From assembly GCA_002104945.1 (NCBI GenBank), contig MCFH01000099.1, positions 13,208 through 77,207 of the forward strand: a stretch of DNA of 64,000 nucleotides, in the 5' to 3' direction. A program made the position numbers and the translations under genes. The DNA comes from Piromyces finnis finn (lineage: Eukaryota > Fungi > Neocallimastigomycota). Positions within the stretch are counted from its first letter, which is position 1. Each line of letters begins with the position of its first letter. This document shows, one piece after another, positions 34,115 to 48,662 of the stretch. A model generated the notes under the pieces. It saw only the letters and a list, made by a program, of their open reading frames with translations. It made no database searches and was not told the DNA's origin.

Positions 34115-36886
34115 ATGGACATATTCAATAAAGATTTTGAAAATATAATTCAATTAATAGAAAATGATGATTTAAAATCTTTAAAAAGTTATTTAGAAAA
34201 TAATAATATAAAAATTGAAAAATTTAATAATTCTTTTTTTGATATATTAATATATGCAATAGAATCACGGACATCTATTAGTATTATTGATTTTATTATT
34301 GAACAATGTTCTTATTCTAATCTTAATTATACATTTTATGATAATGGAGTACTAAAGAACAAATATAATTTTTCCTATAAACATCATATAAGTGATAATG
34401 GGTGGAAAGTTCCTTTATTTTCTGCTATTGCATTTAATAATTTTGAAATTTCAAACTTATTAATTGGGAAAAAGGCAAATATTAATTATGTTATAAAAGA
34501 GAAAAAGCATTCCGAAAAAAATATACTACAGTATTTGGAACATATTTATTATCTTAATAAGAAAAATTTAAATTATGTATTAAATAATGGTTTTCATGTA
34601 AAAGGCATAACATTTGATTTAATGAATAAGTTAATTAGTGTAGATAATGATGGTTTTTTAGATATCATATTTAAACATTATATATTTAATAATTCTTTCA
34701 TTCTAGGTTTTCTATATTTTAATAAAAGTAGAACACCTTTATCAAAAAAACAATTAAAGCAAATTGTGTTTAAAGAAAAAAGTAAAATTAAGATAAAAAA
34801 AAGTATGTATCAAAATGCATTTATTCTCTGTTTTGAAAGAATGGATATTATTGAATTACTTATGGAAAACGATGTTCGAGATCCGACAGCTATATTAAAT
34901 CAAATTAATATCTATGTATTATTGGAAAATGCCCTTTTTCTTCAGTCATTAAATATGGTAAAAAGAATATTAAGTAATTCTTTTGTAAAATTTGATATTA
35001 ATAAATTAGAGAATATATTTCAACATGAAATTAGAAACAATCGATACGAGAACTTGAAATACGCTCTAGAAATTCTTGAAAAGAATTGTTCTTTTAATAT
35101 TAATCAATTAAATTTTGAAAAATTACTTTTACATGCAACTCATGATAATGATAATTCGTTATATATTAAGTATAAGGAGATAAAAGATGTCAACCATAAA
35201 ATTATTATATTTCTTCTTCAATTCATTTTGAAAGCACCGATTCATTGTATAGAACGTATTGATGTCTCATTATTAAAAAATAAAGGTCCTTCATATTTAT
35301 CATTAATATTAAATGCTTTAATAATTTTGCAAGAATTACCCTTGATTAAATTTCTATTGGAAAAGGATGAATTAAAAGTAGTCTTAAATATTAATAGTCC
35401 AGATAAAAATAATAATTTCCCTATCTTTATAGCCTTATCCAAAACTTACTCAGACGAAAATTATTTGGAGAGTTTAAAAATATTCGAATATTTATTAATA
35501 AAGGGTGCTAATTGTGCAGTGATGAAGCATGACGAAACTTTATGGTCATCCGTAATAAATGCTAGAAATTATTTTACCATTAAATGCTTATTAAAAAACT
35601 GTTGTTTAGCGCAACAAAGAAAAGATGTATTACAAGGCCAGGGATTGTTGAGAAGGCTTGAAGAAAATGAAAACTATAATGTTGATCGTACTGACGATAT
35701 TATATTAAAAATTTATGATAATTTAGATGAATGGAGACCATTAGTTTGTGCAATTTGTAATGACGATTTAAATTTGGTTCAAGATATAATTAAAGAAATG
35801 AAAATTAAGAGGTGTAATGATAAATTATTTCCCAATTTTTTAGTTATTTCTTATTTAATAGATCGTAAAGAAATTTTTAAATGGTTGATTGAAAATGTAA
35901 ATATTAATGAGTGTGATCAATATGGTTGTACCATATTATTTTATGCTATTGTTAAAGGTGATTTAGAGGTAGTTCATTTTTTAATGAATGCCAACGTCAA
36001 TGTTAACGTTGTATATTATAATAAAAAACAACCCATACGAAACCATGATAAACAATGGAATGATATTTTGGATATTGGTTTTAAAAGGTATTTATCAATG
36101 ATAGGAAACATGTATAATAATAAAAAAAATGTTCATAATCAAACAATGTATAGTGCTGGAGATTTTTCTCTTCATATATCCATTTATTGTGCAAATAAAG
36201 ATGTTACCTATTCATTACTTCATCATAACAATATTAATATAGATGTCTATAATGAACAGGAAGAAACTCCCTTAATATCTCTTATTAAAAATCAATATTT
36301 TACTATGGATGATAAAGTTGAAATAATAAAAGTACTTATTGCCAAAGGGGCTAATATTCAATATATTAACAAAAAAAGTAAAAAGTCGCCATTGGCCTAT
36401 GCCATTCAATATCATTCTTTACCCATTATAAAGTTATTAATCGAACATGGTGCTAATTTTAATAGTAATATGATGCTTCTAGAACAAAACCAATCTTTAA
36501 TTAGGTTCACTATTTTACAAGGAGATTTTGAAATTTACAAGTATTTTGTAGATTCCATCCATAAGGATATATTTAATGATAATAATTTTATATGTTCTCT
36601 AATGGAGACGTTTAATAAGCATAAGAATTTAGAGATCTTTAAGCATTTAATAAGAAATATGATCGATATTAATAATTTTTCATGTGACATTCTACCAGTG
36701 ATCATCTCTGTTAGTCATTTAGAATTATTAAAATTATTTGTGGAATATGGATTAGATTTAAAGGGAAAATCTAAAGATTTTGGTGAAAAAGCTCTTCAAT
36801 ATGCCATTAACAATGAAGTATTATCCATAGCAGAATATTTAATTGAAAATGGTGTAAATTCGTCTTATCTTTCAGAGAATATTTAA
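34115..36886 (+). CDS. Ankyrin-repeat protein, single exon, 923 aa
   Basis: Ankyrin motifs VPLFSAI, GCTILFYAIVKGDLEVVHFLM, ETPLISLI, SPLAYAIQYHSLPIIKLLIEHGAN, ALQYAI..AEYLIENG. Confidence 0.92.
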   Translation: MDIFNKDFENIIQLIENDDLKSLKSYLENNNIKIEKFNNSFFDILIYAIESRTSISIIDFIIEQCSYSNLNYTFYDNGVLKNKYNFSYKHHISDNGWKVPLFSAIAFNNFEISNLLIGKKANINYVIKEKKHSEKNILQYLEHIYYLNKKNLNYVLNNGFHVKGITFDLMNKLISVDNDGFLDIIFKHYIFNNSFILGFLYFNKSRTPLSKKQLKQIVFKEKSKIKIKKSMYQNAFILCFERMDIIELLMENDVRDPTAILNQINIYVLLENALFLQSLNMVKRILSNSFVKFDINKLENIFQHEIRNNRYENLKYALEILEKNCSFNINQLNFEKLLLHATHDNDNSLYIKYKEIKDVNHKIIIFLLQFILKAPIHCIERIDVSLLKNKGPSYLSLILNALIILQELPLIKFLLEKDELKVVLNINSPDKNNNFPIFIALSKTYSDENYLESLKIFEYLLIKGANCAVMKHDETLWSSVINARNYFTIKCLLKNCCLAQQRKDVLQGQGLLRRLEENENYNVDRTDDIILKIYDNLDEWRPLVCAICNDDLNLVQDIIKEMKIKRCNDKLFPNFLVISYLIDRKEIFKWLIENVNINECDQYGCTILFYAIVKGDLEVVHFLMNANVNVNVVYYNKKQPIRNHDKQWNDILDIGFKRYLSMIGNMYNNKKNVHNQTMYSAGDFSLHISIYCANKDVTYSLLHHNNINIDVYNEQEETPLISLIKNQYFTMDDKVEIIKVLIAKGANIQYINKKSKKSPLAYAIQYHSLPIIKLLIEHGANFNSNMMLLEQNQSLIRFTILQGDFEIYKYFVDSIHKDIFNDNNFICSLMETFNKHKNLEIFKHLIRNMIDINNFSCDILPVIISVSHLELLKLFVEYGLDLKGKSKDFGEKALQYAINNEVLSIAEYLIENGVNSSYLSENI

Positions 36887-37285
36887 TAATATTCTTTTTG
36901 TATGTGTATATAACAAAAATCATTATTTCTTTTTTTTTATATTTATATTTCCTTTCCTTCAATTTAAAGTTAGAAATACTATCTTTTATTCTTTTGTAAA
37001 TTTGAAATGATATTTAATATTATATATATTTTATATTAAATAAAAAAGATGTATAATATTAAAAAATAAAAATATTAATATATATAAAATGAAATATATA
37101 ATTAAAGATTTTGGATAGTTTTTTCAACATTTATTATTATATATATATATATATTATATTTTATTTATTTTTAATAATGTTTTAAAGATAGAAATTATTG
37201 TTATTATTATCATGAATTTTTTTTTTTTTTAAATTTTTATTTATTTATAGTTTGTTATTATTTATTAATAAAGTATAATCAATGA

Positions 37286-39190
37286 TTATTGAGCTAATTC
37301 TAATTTTTCTAGATCCTCCGGATCTTTATCATGATTTTTAATTCTACGCCTGACAATTAAAATAATTAAAAACCATGAATATAAACAAATCCAGACAGGG
37401 AAAGGAGAAAGTATAACTGTGAATATTCCACCACTTATAAAACTTGTAAGGAACGCTATTAACATTTGAAAAATACCAAGAATACTTAAAAATAATAATG
37501 AAATAATATGGTTTCGTTTTGATTTATGATTTAGATAGACAATAATAATGGTATTAATAAATGGTATCAGGAAAAATATCACCATATACATTCCATATTG
37601 ATCAAAAGTATTAGCCCACTGACCTGAACCATATAAACCGTACAAAAATTCGCCGAAAAATCGTGAAATATGTTCACTGGTTCTAGCCATTATACCTATT
37701 TTTGCAGGGAGAACAAGCAAACATATCACCAATATTTGTAATGGATAAAAAATACCATTAAATGTGAAAGCTTCTATAAATGGTAATAAGATTGCTCGTT
37801 TGAAGAAACTGTTTTGTAAACTTTTTGTTTCCTTAAGAATAACATCGCCAATATATTTAGTAGGGAGAAAAGGAAGATCTGGATGATTTGGAATGATATA
37901 TTTGATGGAATAAAATCTTGGAAGTAGAATAATCAATTCGTATATAATATATTCAATACCAAATAGTATTGGAAGCTATATTTGAAAGAATTATAATATT
38001 TATGTATAAATTCATACACCATCATAAAGAAGAAGAAGAAGAAGAAAAAAAAAAAAATAGTTAGTTTAAATTTTTTAATCTTACAAGAAAAATTTATCAA
38101 TGGATGAAAATTAAATTTATTAAAAATAAATATACTAACAGATTTAACTAAAACTGATGTTAATACAAGTTTACTAAAGAATGTTGTATTCAAATCATCT
38201 TTTTTTCCATCATGACGAAACGTTATGGCATTTTCACCTTTTTGATTATTATTATCAATGGCCACAATTTTTAACTGATGTGACTTACCATCATTATATA
38301 ATGAACTATCCCATTTTGCAATCCAGAGTGGGGGTGTATTAAATTCATATGTGTATTTTTCATCTATGGATTGATTTTTTTCATTTCTAGAATTAATATT
38401 TATGACATCGTTAGATCTTTTGTTCAAACTCTTATTTCCTACATATTCAAATTGTGTTGATTGAAGCTTATTATCAATATAGAAAGAAAGTTTTAAATTT
38501 TCTGAAGATTGACTACTAAATACCAAAACTCTAATGATATTTGATGCTAAAGCTTCATTAACCGGTTCTTTTGTTTTTAATATAAATTTACTATTTTTAG
38601 GTGAAGTGATATGAACAATAGGTGGTATGTTTTGTTTAAATACCTCTGGTGGGTTATTATTTAATTCTTCTATCACAGAAGTTTTAAAATCATATGGTAA
38701 TTTTGGCAATGGAAGTACATTATCCGTTACAGATACAATATCATTATCAACTGCAATAATACGATATTTACCATGTAATTTGAAATCGTTTAATTCTAGT
38801 TCTAAGAAATTGTTGTGGTAAGCATACATATATTCTCCTATATATATATATATATTTAAATATTATTATAAATAAATATATTCTGTATTCTATTATAAAT
38901 TAAAGTCTAAATAAAAAAAAAATTTTTTTTTCTTCTTACCAGCAATATTATGAAAATGACCACTAAGTAATAATGAAATATCTTTGGTATAATCTTCCCA
39001 TTTTTTACCCGAAGAAGATTTTCCGAATTTTGCAGTTGTTTCAGGATAGTGTATAAATACAAAATTGTGTTTATTTTGTGGTTGTTCCTTTGCTTTGTCC
39101 ATTGATTCACTAAACATATCCATTGTTATTTCATCAATAACACCAAAAAATGGATTTGTTGCTGTATATATAGGACTTTAAATTCAAAAA

Positions 39191-39250
<60 letters not shown>

Positions 39251-40256
39251 AATAATATAGGATATTGAACATTTATTTGATAGAATCGAAGAAAGAAAAA
39301 TAATATTTTTTATTTTTATTTTATTCTATTTTATCTATCTATATAATTTATAATTATATTAATGACTTACCATCCATCTAAACCAATAAATGAATAAGAG
39401 CCAAAAGACGTTTCATAATTAAATGAAAAACCTCTTGTTTTTGTTTTAGAATAATCTTTAAAATAATTGTATTGATGATTCCATTCAGGCACTAAAAAGC
39501 AGTCGTGGTTACCTCTTAAGTCCCATAAAAAAGTTCCATTATTTTTATTTAAAACACCGGTATACTCGAGAATTTTATGATACATTTTCCATTCCACTTC
39601 ATGTGTTCCAAATTTTACACCTCCTAAATTTTTTGAGTTTGTTATGTCACCGGTAATAAAAAGAAAATTGGGTTCAATGATAGGTATTAACTTTTTTAAA
39701 AAGTAAAATAAATGACCTTGAGCACCTTTTGTAAAAACATCGGACATATGAATATCTGAAATCTTTATTGTTTTATATATTATATAAAGATATTTAAATA
39801 ATTTCAATTAAGAAATTTTTATTAATTATTAATGAATTTCATTTTGTTTGTTATATTAAATAGAAATAATCATCACAGTAAAGAAATATCAACTATTTTC
39901 TCAAATATAATATGTTTAATATATTAAAATTCCTTAGCTCTAAAATACTATATTTATTTATATATTTTAAAAAAAAAACAAAGAAAATGATTTATAATTC
40001 AAACCTGAGCAAAGTATAACAAATTATCCGGTTTAGAATATTTTAATTCTGAATTTTCTATTACATTGCTGTTATTTGAAGTGGTATCATAAATCTTACT
40101 TATATTTGGGGAAGCATTTTTTAAGTCTTCTTTTCCAATATGAGGTTTCGTACCTTCATGTTGTGCAATAAAATGTATCGAGAAACCAATACAATAAAAT
40201 ATTATTGTTATTAAAAATATCCAGTAATGTTTTAATTTTATTATAGTGTCATTCAT
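37286..40256 (-). CDS. TMEM62-like calcineurin-type metallophosphoesterase, multi-exon membrane protein
   Basis: Motifs ISDIH, ITGDIT, LRGNHD and LSGHFH lie in successive in-frame exons, with an N-terminal TM and several C-terminal TM helices. The start Met is uncertain (40256 or 40316). Confidence 0.8.
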
Positions 40257-40539
40257 TGGTTTTATATATAATTTTTTTTTTTTTTCAGAATTATAAAACT
40301 GATTCAAAAATGTCAATATATATATATATACTGGTTTTGTTTATATTATTATTTTATGATATTTCTATAATAATAAACTAAATAATAATTATTCATTTAT
40401 TTTTTTTTTTTTTTTCAGATTAATTCCATTTTTTAAAATTTGGATTTCAAAATCTTTAAAACTATATTTTATCTGGTAACCCTTGGAAAGTGGAAAGAAT
40501 AACGTGACAAATTTTAATTTAAAATATAATAAAAAAATA

Positions 40540-40740
<201 letters not shown>

Positions 40741-40982
40741 ATATAAATACAATTTAACTCTATTAAAATAACTAAATTTTTAATATTCTTTTGTGGTACA
40801 TCAAAGGAAAATTAAAAATCATGCTGCTGTAATTAAAATCGTTATCAAGATATATAAATATTTTCTAGTCACATTATATTTAATTTATAATTATCAGAAA
40901 ATAGTAAATAACAATTAACGAGTAAATATTACTAAGAACACGATACTATATCCATATTATTTTGAGTGAATAAAAATGATTA

Positions 40983-41015
<33 letters not shown>

Positions 41016-41302
41016 TTTTCGTATTTATATACTTTTATTTAATTATTATATTTGCAAAAATCTAATTTCTTTTATGTAGTTTATAAATAGTGAAAGAGTT
41101 ATAACTTAAATAAATATAAATAATAAATAATTTACTTATGTAACAAAAAAGAATTCTTAAATAATTGAAAAAAAAAAAAAAAAATTAAACAAAAATGGAT
41201 TTACGAAATCCAACTTTTTTTTTTATTCTGAAAAATAAAAATTTTCAATGTAGCAGTAGATTTCATTTAATTAGTATTTATAAAATTTATTTATTTACGC
41301 AA

Positions 41303-42310
41303 TTAAACGGAATCTTGAATAGCTGGTTCCTTAAAAGCTCTAGAAACCTTTGAACCCATATCATCATTACCTCCGTGAAGTTCCATAAGTTTTCCGACAT
41401 CGAATTTTGGAGCCTTAAGAATTTTAACCTTACGAACATAAACATTTTGTAATGGATAAATATTTTGACATTCCTTTTCAATTCTTTTACCCATAACTTC
41501 AAGAGTTAATTTTTGAACTAATTCTTTAATATCACAGTTAGAAGCTTCCTTTTGGACAATATCAAAAATCTTCTTTCTAATTTGTCTAATTTGAGCGGTT
41601 TGGGCATAAGTAGTTTTTCTAAGTTGATTTCTACGTCTTTGAGTGAAAGCAATAACGAAGAAACGAAGAAGATAACCATCATTAGTCTTAACATCTAAAT
41701 AGGCTTCAATTAAAGATTGCCATTTCTTAACCATAGACTTTAATTTGTCGGAAGTAATGTTCATTCCATGGAAGTTTGTAAGACAGTTTTTACCTTGGAC
41801 TTCATCAACTCTAAGCTTGATCTTACGGAAGGCATCTTCTTGGTTACCAGTGAGATCAGCAACTGAAACGTCAACAACACTACCCTTAAGATAATCAGAT
41901 GAATTTTCTTTAAAAAGGATAAATAAATAATGAAAGGTTAATATAAATATATATTTTCAATTATATTTTCTTTTTTTTTTTTTTTTTTTATCCTTATCTA
42001 CCCTAAAAATTAAAGTTTACTTACTTAAACCTTGAGTACGGTTAACAAGAGTCTTACCAATATCTCTGTTTTCATAGAAATTTGGAGCCTTGATATCATA
42101 CCATTCTTTTCTGGTAAATGGATCGATACTAAGTTAAAATATAATTTTAATTCACACGTTAATATTTAAAAATTTCTAAAATTGAATAACGACTTATCAA
42201 CAAAAATTATAATACATATGAAATCTTACATCTTCTTCTTGAGACCTTTTTTACCTTTAGAAAGACGCCTAATTAATTGTTACATTATAATAACACAAAT
42301 TACAAATAGA

Positions 42311-42385
<75 letters not shown>

Positions 42386-43064
42386 TTATAACTATTTAAT
42401 ATTATAAAAATGGATATAATTGCATATTCATATTTATGTTCATATTTAATTAAAAATAAATTCATTAAAAAAGAAAGTTAAAAACTATTTAAATTAAAAG
42501 TAATAATTATTATATCAAGAATAATTCTATAATTACTCTTGAAATTTATTCTAACCTATTTTCCAACACTACATAATGTTTGTAACAACTACTTAATAAT
42601 TATATAAATTTCAAAAAAAAAAAAAAACTCTACAATAATTAAATTATATTATTGTGTTTAAATAATATTAAATTAATGATGGACTTTAAATAAAATAATT
42701 ATATATATTTATTTTAATTCTATTAATAATTGGACTTAAAATTAAATATATAATAATTATTAGACAAAAATACTTTTTAATGTTTTAATAAAACCATTTC
42801 TAATTTAAAAAAGAAATGAATTTCTATTAAAATAAAAGGAATTTCTGAATCAGCACCACATTATTTAAAATATAAAAAATAAAACACTTTATTATTAATA
42901 ATTCATACTCAAAAAATTTTATTCAAATAAATTATTTAATTCATTCTTTTAATATATTTCAAATATTTTATTAGCAAAAAATGAATTTGAATTACTTTAA
43001 ATATATATATTTTTTAAATTATGAGTTGAATTTTTAAAATTTACTTGTTTTTTCCAACGGCCAT
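41303..43064 (-). CDS. RPS1: 40S ribosomal protein eS1 (S1/S3a), 4 exons
   Basis: Spliced MAVGKNK|[13 protein letters not shown]|[15 protein letters not shown]... through [21 protein letters not shown]. 20-nt first exon and 776-nt first intron (42269-43044). Confidence 0.96.
42314..42384. repeat. (AAT)n in RPS1 intron 1
   Basis: Pure run. Confidence 0.95.
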
Positions 43065-43738
43065 TTTTTTTTTTTTTACTTTTCCTTTACAATTAATTTA
43101 AAATAAATTATATATATAAAAAAAAAAAAAAAAAAAATTCTTTGTGTGTTTTTAAAGTAAGATGGTAAAACATAATATGATTGGTCTAGAATTAATTAGT
43201 TTGTTGGTTTTTTTCCTTATTTTTTTATATTTTTATTTATATTTTTTTCCACATTATTAATGCCTTTTAAAGAAGGTTCTTATTTTAATATTCACAATAC
43301 TTTTAAAAATAAAAGAAAAATAATAATATATAGTTTGACAAAAAAAATATATATATTATAAATTATAATATTCTTTTCATTATATATGGAATTGATTTGA
43401 AGAGTTTCAATGTTATAATTTATATATCTATATTTTTAAGAAAATATGATGATTTGTTATAGAAGAAAATGGTCAATTATTTTAATTAGTATTAATAATA
43501 TTAATGAAATTATAGAAATCCTTTAATTGTAAATAATTTATTGTAAAATATTATAAGTCCAAAGAGTCTTTAGGTATATCCTTACTATTTTATAAAATTT
43601 AAAATATTCCTATTTCATCATAACTTTTTTCTTTTTAAATATTAAAGACTGAATTTTTTGTTACTAATACATAAAATATTTCAAGTTATATGATAAAAAA
43701 TAGATTTTTTTATAAATGTTTAATTTCTTCTTTTTTTT

Positions 43739-43782
<44 letters not shown>

Positions 43783-44067
43783 AAATATATATTTAATTAT
43801 TTTTATTGTTTTAAAATGTTTTTTATTATTATTTTTTCTTTTTTTTTTTTTATTATTATCAATATTTTATTATTTATATAAAATAAATACTATTTTTTTT
43901 TTTTTTAGTTTTTTAAATATTTCTTCAAGTGTATTTAATTTTATATTTATGCTAATGCTAATTATTATTTTTTGATTCCTAAATCTAATTAATAAATAGT
44001 TACTATAATTATTATTATTAATTATTTGATTTATTAATACACTTTTTTTTTATTATTATTACAAAAT

Positions 44068-46041
44068 TTATTTTCCATTATCAAGATTATAAATTTGTTT
44101 TATTAAGAATGCCTTTTCTTCATTGAATTGTTCATCATCTTTTTTTTTATTTATTTTGAGGTTATTGGTATATAAAAATAAAATTAAATATTTTGTTAAT
44201 ATTAAATTTGTTTATTAAATAAAGATATTATATTTCATATAGAAATGATGATGGTTATGTTTACCTGAACGATCATTATGGAAGTTACGTAAAAAGGTTA
44301 AAAGCTTTTCTTTATTCTTTTGTAATATATCTAAAATTGGTGGAGTCTTATTTGGGTTGGCAACAAAGACCTTTTAATATTAAATATTTAAAAAAAAAAG
44401 TTTTATAATTAAGATTTTTTTTTAAAAAAAAAAGAAAAAAAAATTAATAAAACTTGAAATTACCTTGAATACATGGAAGGCTTCGAATTGAATATTTCTA
44501 CTTTTATCTCTTAATAAATTCATCATTAATTTTAAGTTTTCTGCGTTTGTAATATATCTACTCATAATGTTGAAATTTGTACGATCAAGTAATAATTCAC
44601 CAAGAAGCTTTATATAGAAATATTTAAAAAAGGATAGATTAATATATTCATATATATTAAAATCGTCAATAATTCTTACTACTATTATACTATTACACTA
44701 TTATACTATTATATTATTTTACCTTTAAAGATTGTCTCTTGGTAACATAATTATTGGAAACAAGTAATTGTGTGTAGTGTTCAAAAACCTAATAATATAT
44801 ATATATGTATATTTTTTTTTTAAATTTTTATATAAATAGTAAAATTTAATATTTTGGTATAAGAAAATAAATATTTATTATATTAATTTTTTAAAAGTTT
44901 ATATAATATTATGTACTTGATCATAGTTAGCTTCTAAAAACTCAGCGACTAAAGCCTTATGTCTTGTCAAAAGATCCTTTATTATATTGAATAACCATTA
45001 TTATTAGTTTAAAATAATTTATTATTAAAAGTTTATATTTATTTTTTATAGTTTAACAATTTTAATTGTCTAATTACTTTAAAGGTAGCAAATGCATCAG
45101 ATGCAATATCAAAAGTTGAAAGTTCTACATAACTAAAGAATCTCCAAAAATGTTGAGAGTATAATACAATTTTAGCTAATGGTTCATGTCTTATACATTC
45201 TCTGAGCATAATACCACAATTTAATGCGATATCTTGATTATCGTAGCTAATTATCAATAAAATAAAAAAATTTATATAATTTTATAAATATTAATGAGAT
45301 ATTTTTAGTTTTTCTTTTTTTTTTTTTTATTTTCCATTTTTCTTATTGCTATTAATGATCCATACCCATTAATTAATTGAAATATTATTTCTTCCTTGTT
45401 AGCAATATATTCGACGGTTGGGGAACGTGTTCCTATTTGTCTACGTAATATATTATTGAAAATTTGAGCAACATCTTTCTTGGCCTTAAATTATTATTAT
45501 AATGATAATGACATAGACAATGAAAAACAAAAAGAATATCAAAAATAACAATTATAATATAAAAACGAGAGTTTTAATATTAATATTTTCATCTTATAAT
45601 ATTGACAGTTATTTAAATATTTACTTCAAATTCAAATTTTCCAATATTCTGAACAAGTAATTGTAATAAATCGTTTCCATAAACTTCTTGTGATAATTGA
45701 ACGACTAATTCTGGTACTGGGTCATTTTCTTTTTATTGTATGTAAATATAAAACATTAAATGTTGAATAATAGTTTATATCATATTCATTATTTTTATTA
45801 TTATAATAATCGTAAAAACAAAAGGATATATAAAATATGAATATATTTAGAATAATAAGGAAAATATTTCGAAATCATTTAAAATAAATGAGTAAAGTAT
45901 TGACTAATTTAAATAAATTAAATATTTTTATCACTTTATTTTTCGTACCTCCATCACCATAAAGAATATTTTTCATTGATACTAAATTTCTTGAAATTTC
46001 TTCATTTGACTTTTAAATTATCAATTAATATAAATAATAAG

Positions 46042-46074
<33 letters not shown>

Positions 46075-46245
46075 ATAATTAATCAATATTTATTTCATAT
46101 TGCAAAAAGGAATATATATTGAAATTTATTTATAATTTACCTTTCTTTTATCACCTCCAGAAGCCTCTAATTTGATAATTGCATCTCTTGTATTTTTAAC
46201 TAATTCTTGTGGAGTCTTAGTTTTCGTTTTGAATAAGAAACTCAT
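44068..46245 (-). CDS. MO25: Mo25/CAB39/Hym1 family kinase scaffold, multi-exon
   Basis: [84 protein letters not shown]. Confidence 0.93.
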
Positions 46246-48042
46246 TTTGGTGAGATTTTATATACTTTTTTAAAATCTTTTTTTAATTATATATTTGTTA
46301 CATATATAAAAAAATTAGTATTATATATATAAAATAATATTTAACGTTAATACTAATGATATGGTGATTAAATAATTTATAGTTTTTATTTATATAGTAT
46401 ATAACATATAATTATATATCCATTTATAAAAAAACATAAAATAAATAGTAAAATGGTCCATCTAATATTTTTATTTTATAATTCAATTTTTTTTTTTTAA
46501 TAAATTTTACTAATAAGTACTGTTTTTTTATGATGAAAAAATTAAACATTGATATATATATATCATATTCTACTATTTTTATTAGTGATTATTTTTATAT
46601 TTTTTAGTATTTATATATGCATATATTGACGTTCCATATACTAATGATAAAACATCAATATTTTGAATTTGTGAATGTTATTTATTTTTAATTATATTGT
46701 CTATATTTTAATATATTCTTCTTTTTCTTGTTGTTATTGTTGTTATTATCATTGTGACTTTTAATATTTTATTTATTGTTTAAAAGCTTGTATTAAACAA
46801 ACGTCTTTATTCATTTATTCTAATTAATATGTTGTTAAAATGGTTTTATATTTTGTAATAATTATTTTTGAAATAAATACATATATACACTATATATACT
46901 TTTATTTCTGATTTATATATATATAGATATTAAACATTAATAACTAGAGAATAATAAATATTTGATAATATTAATGTCTTTTTACTAATTATGCTTTTAA
47001 TTTATTTTTATTATTTAAAATTTTTAAAATACTGAAAATGGTATGTATTGTATGTATTGATATTTTATATATCCTATTTTTTTTTTAAAGGTTTATAAAT
47101 AGGATATTGACTTTTCATTTATATTTATATATATTTATATATATATTCACTTGTCATTTATAATATGCATTGAATATTACTTTTTTTTATAAATTCTCTT
47201 TGGTGAAAAGACAATAGTTTTCTTAATAATAAAATTATATAATATATATTAGATATTAGAATAAGAATCTTTACTTTTATATAAAAGAAAAAAAAAAAAA
47301 CCAAAGTAATTGTTTTATTATTATTAATTATTAATGAAATAATTAATGTTTTAATTACTTTTTTTTTACTTTTTTTTTATTATTCTTTTTTATTATTATT
47401 ATTATTAATATTAATATTAATATTAATATTAATTTTTTTTTTTTTTTAAAAAAATTTATTTAAAAAAAAAGTTTGGAATTCATACCTAATACTAATAATT
47501 ATAATTTTGTTATATATTAAAAGTTAATGGGAATATATAAATTCAACTATACTATTTAAAATATTAACAACCTGATAATTATCTCTAAATTATTATTTAT
47601 TATACTTTATTTATAAATATAAATAAATAAAAAACTAGTTTATTTAAAAAAAAAAAAAAGACTACCCTCTTGATAATTAATCTTTAAATGGTTTCTGCAA
47701 TGATTCTTATATTTATATATATTATAATATATTGTACAATTGAGTTAAAACTATAAATATAAATAAGAATAATATATGGTGTTAAAACTATATAATATAT
47801 GAGTGATAAAAATTTTAAATACAATTGTAATACTATGTATTATATGTATGATACATTCCACTAAATATGGGTATGCTATGTATATTTAGTGGATATTCTA
47901 TATAACCATACAATATATAGAATATCTTGAAAAAGTAAAAAAAAAAAAAAAAAAACTAGAATAGAATAGAACAGGTAGGTTTACTCTATACTATTCCCCT
48001 TTACACGTGCAACTGTATTGGAAAAAAAAAGAGAGAATCATG

Positions 48043-48073
<31 letters not shown>

Positions 48074-48137
48074 TTTAATATGCTTTATTTCATCATTGAT
48101 AACTAAAAAAAAAAAATTAAAATAAAAAAAAATATTC

Positions 48138-48138
<1 letters not shown>

Positions 48139-48169
<31 letters not shown>

Positions 48170-48189
48170 TAGAATAATAATAATAATTA

Positions 48190-48236
<47 letters not shown>
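48139..48236. repeat. (AAT)n microsatellite with two tagaat interruptions
   Basis: Seen directly. Confidence 0.9.
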
Positions 48237-48240
<4 letters not shown>

Positions 48241-48662
48241 GAATACATTATATATTATTATTACAATATAAAAAAGTTGGTATATTAATATTTATTAAGA
48301 AAAACGTTAAAATACTTAAAATTATGTTTACATTATAATTTTATGTAAAAAGTTTTTTTTTCTTTTCTTTTCAGATAATATCATCATTAGTAAAACGTAA
48401 TTTAATAAAAAAGAAATTAAAGAAATAAATATATAATAATAGTAATAGTAAAATTAATATATATATATAATATGTACATCTTTAATTTTTTTTTTTTTTT
48501 TTCATTTTTTTTTTTCAATAAATATATTATAATGTTGCTTTCAAAAAAAAAAAAAAAAAAAAAAAGATATGTAATTATCTTTCTCATGAGATGATGACTT
48601 ATCCTTGTAGTGTATTTTTTACCAATTAATACATAATTTTTTTTAATAATTTTTCTTAATAA

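Noticed and set aside
42269-43044. snoRNA in the large RPS1 intron
   Set aside because: No paired box C (RTGATGA) and box D (CTGA), or H/ACA layout, found by eye. A covariance search would be needed.
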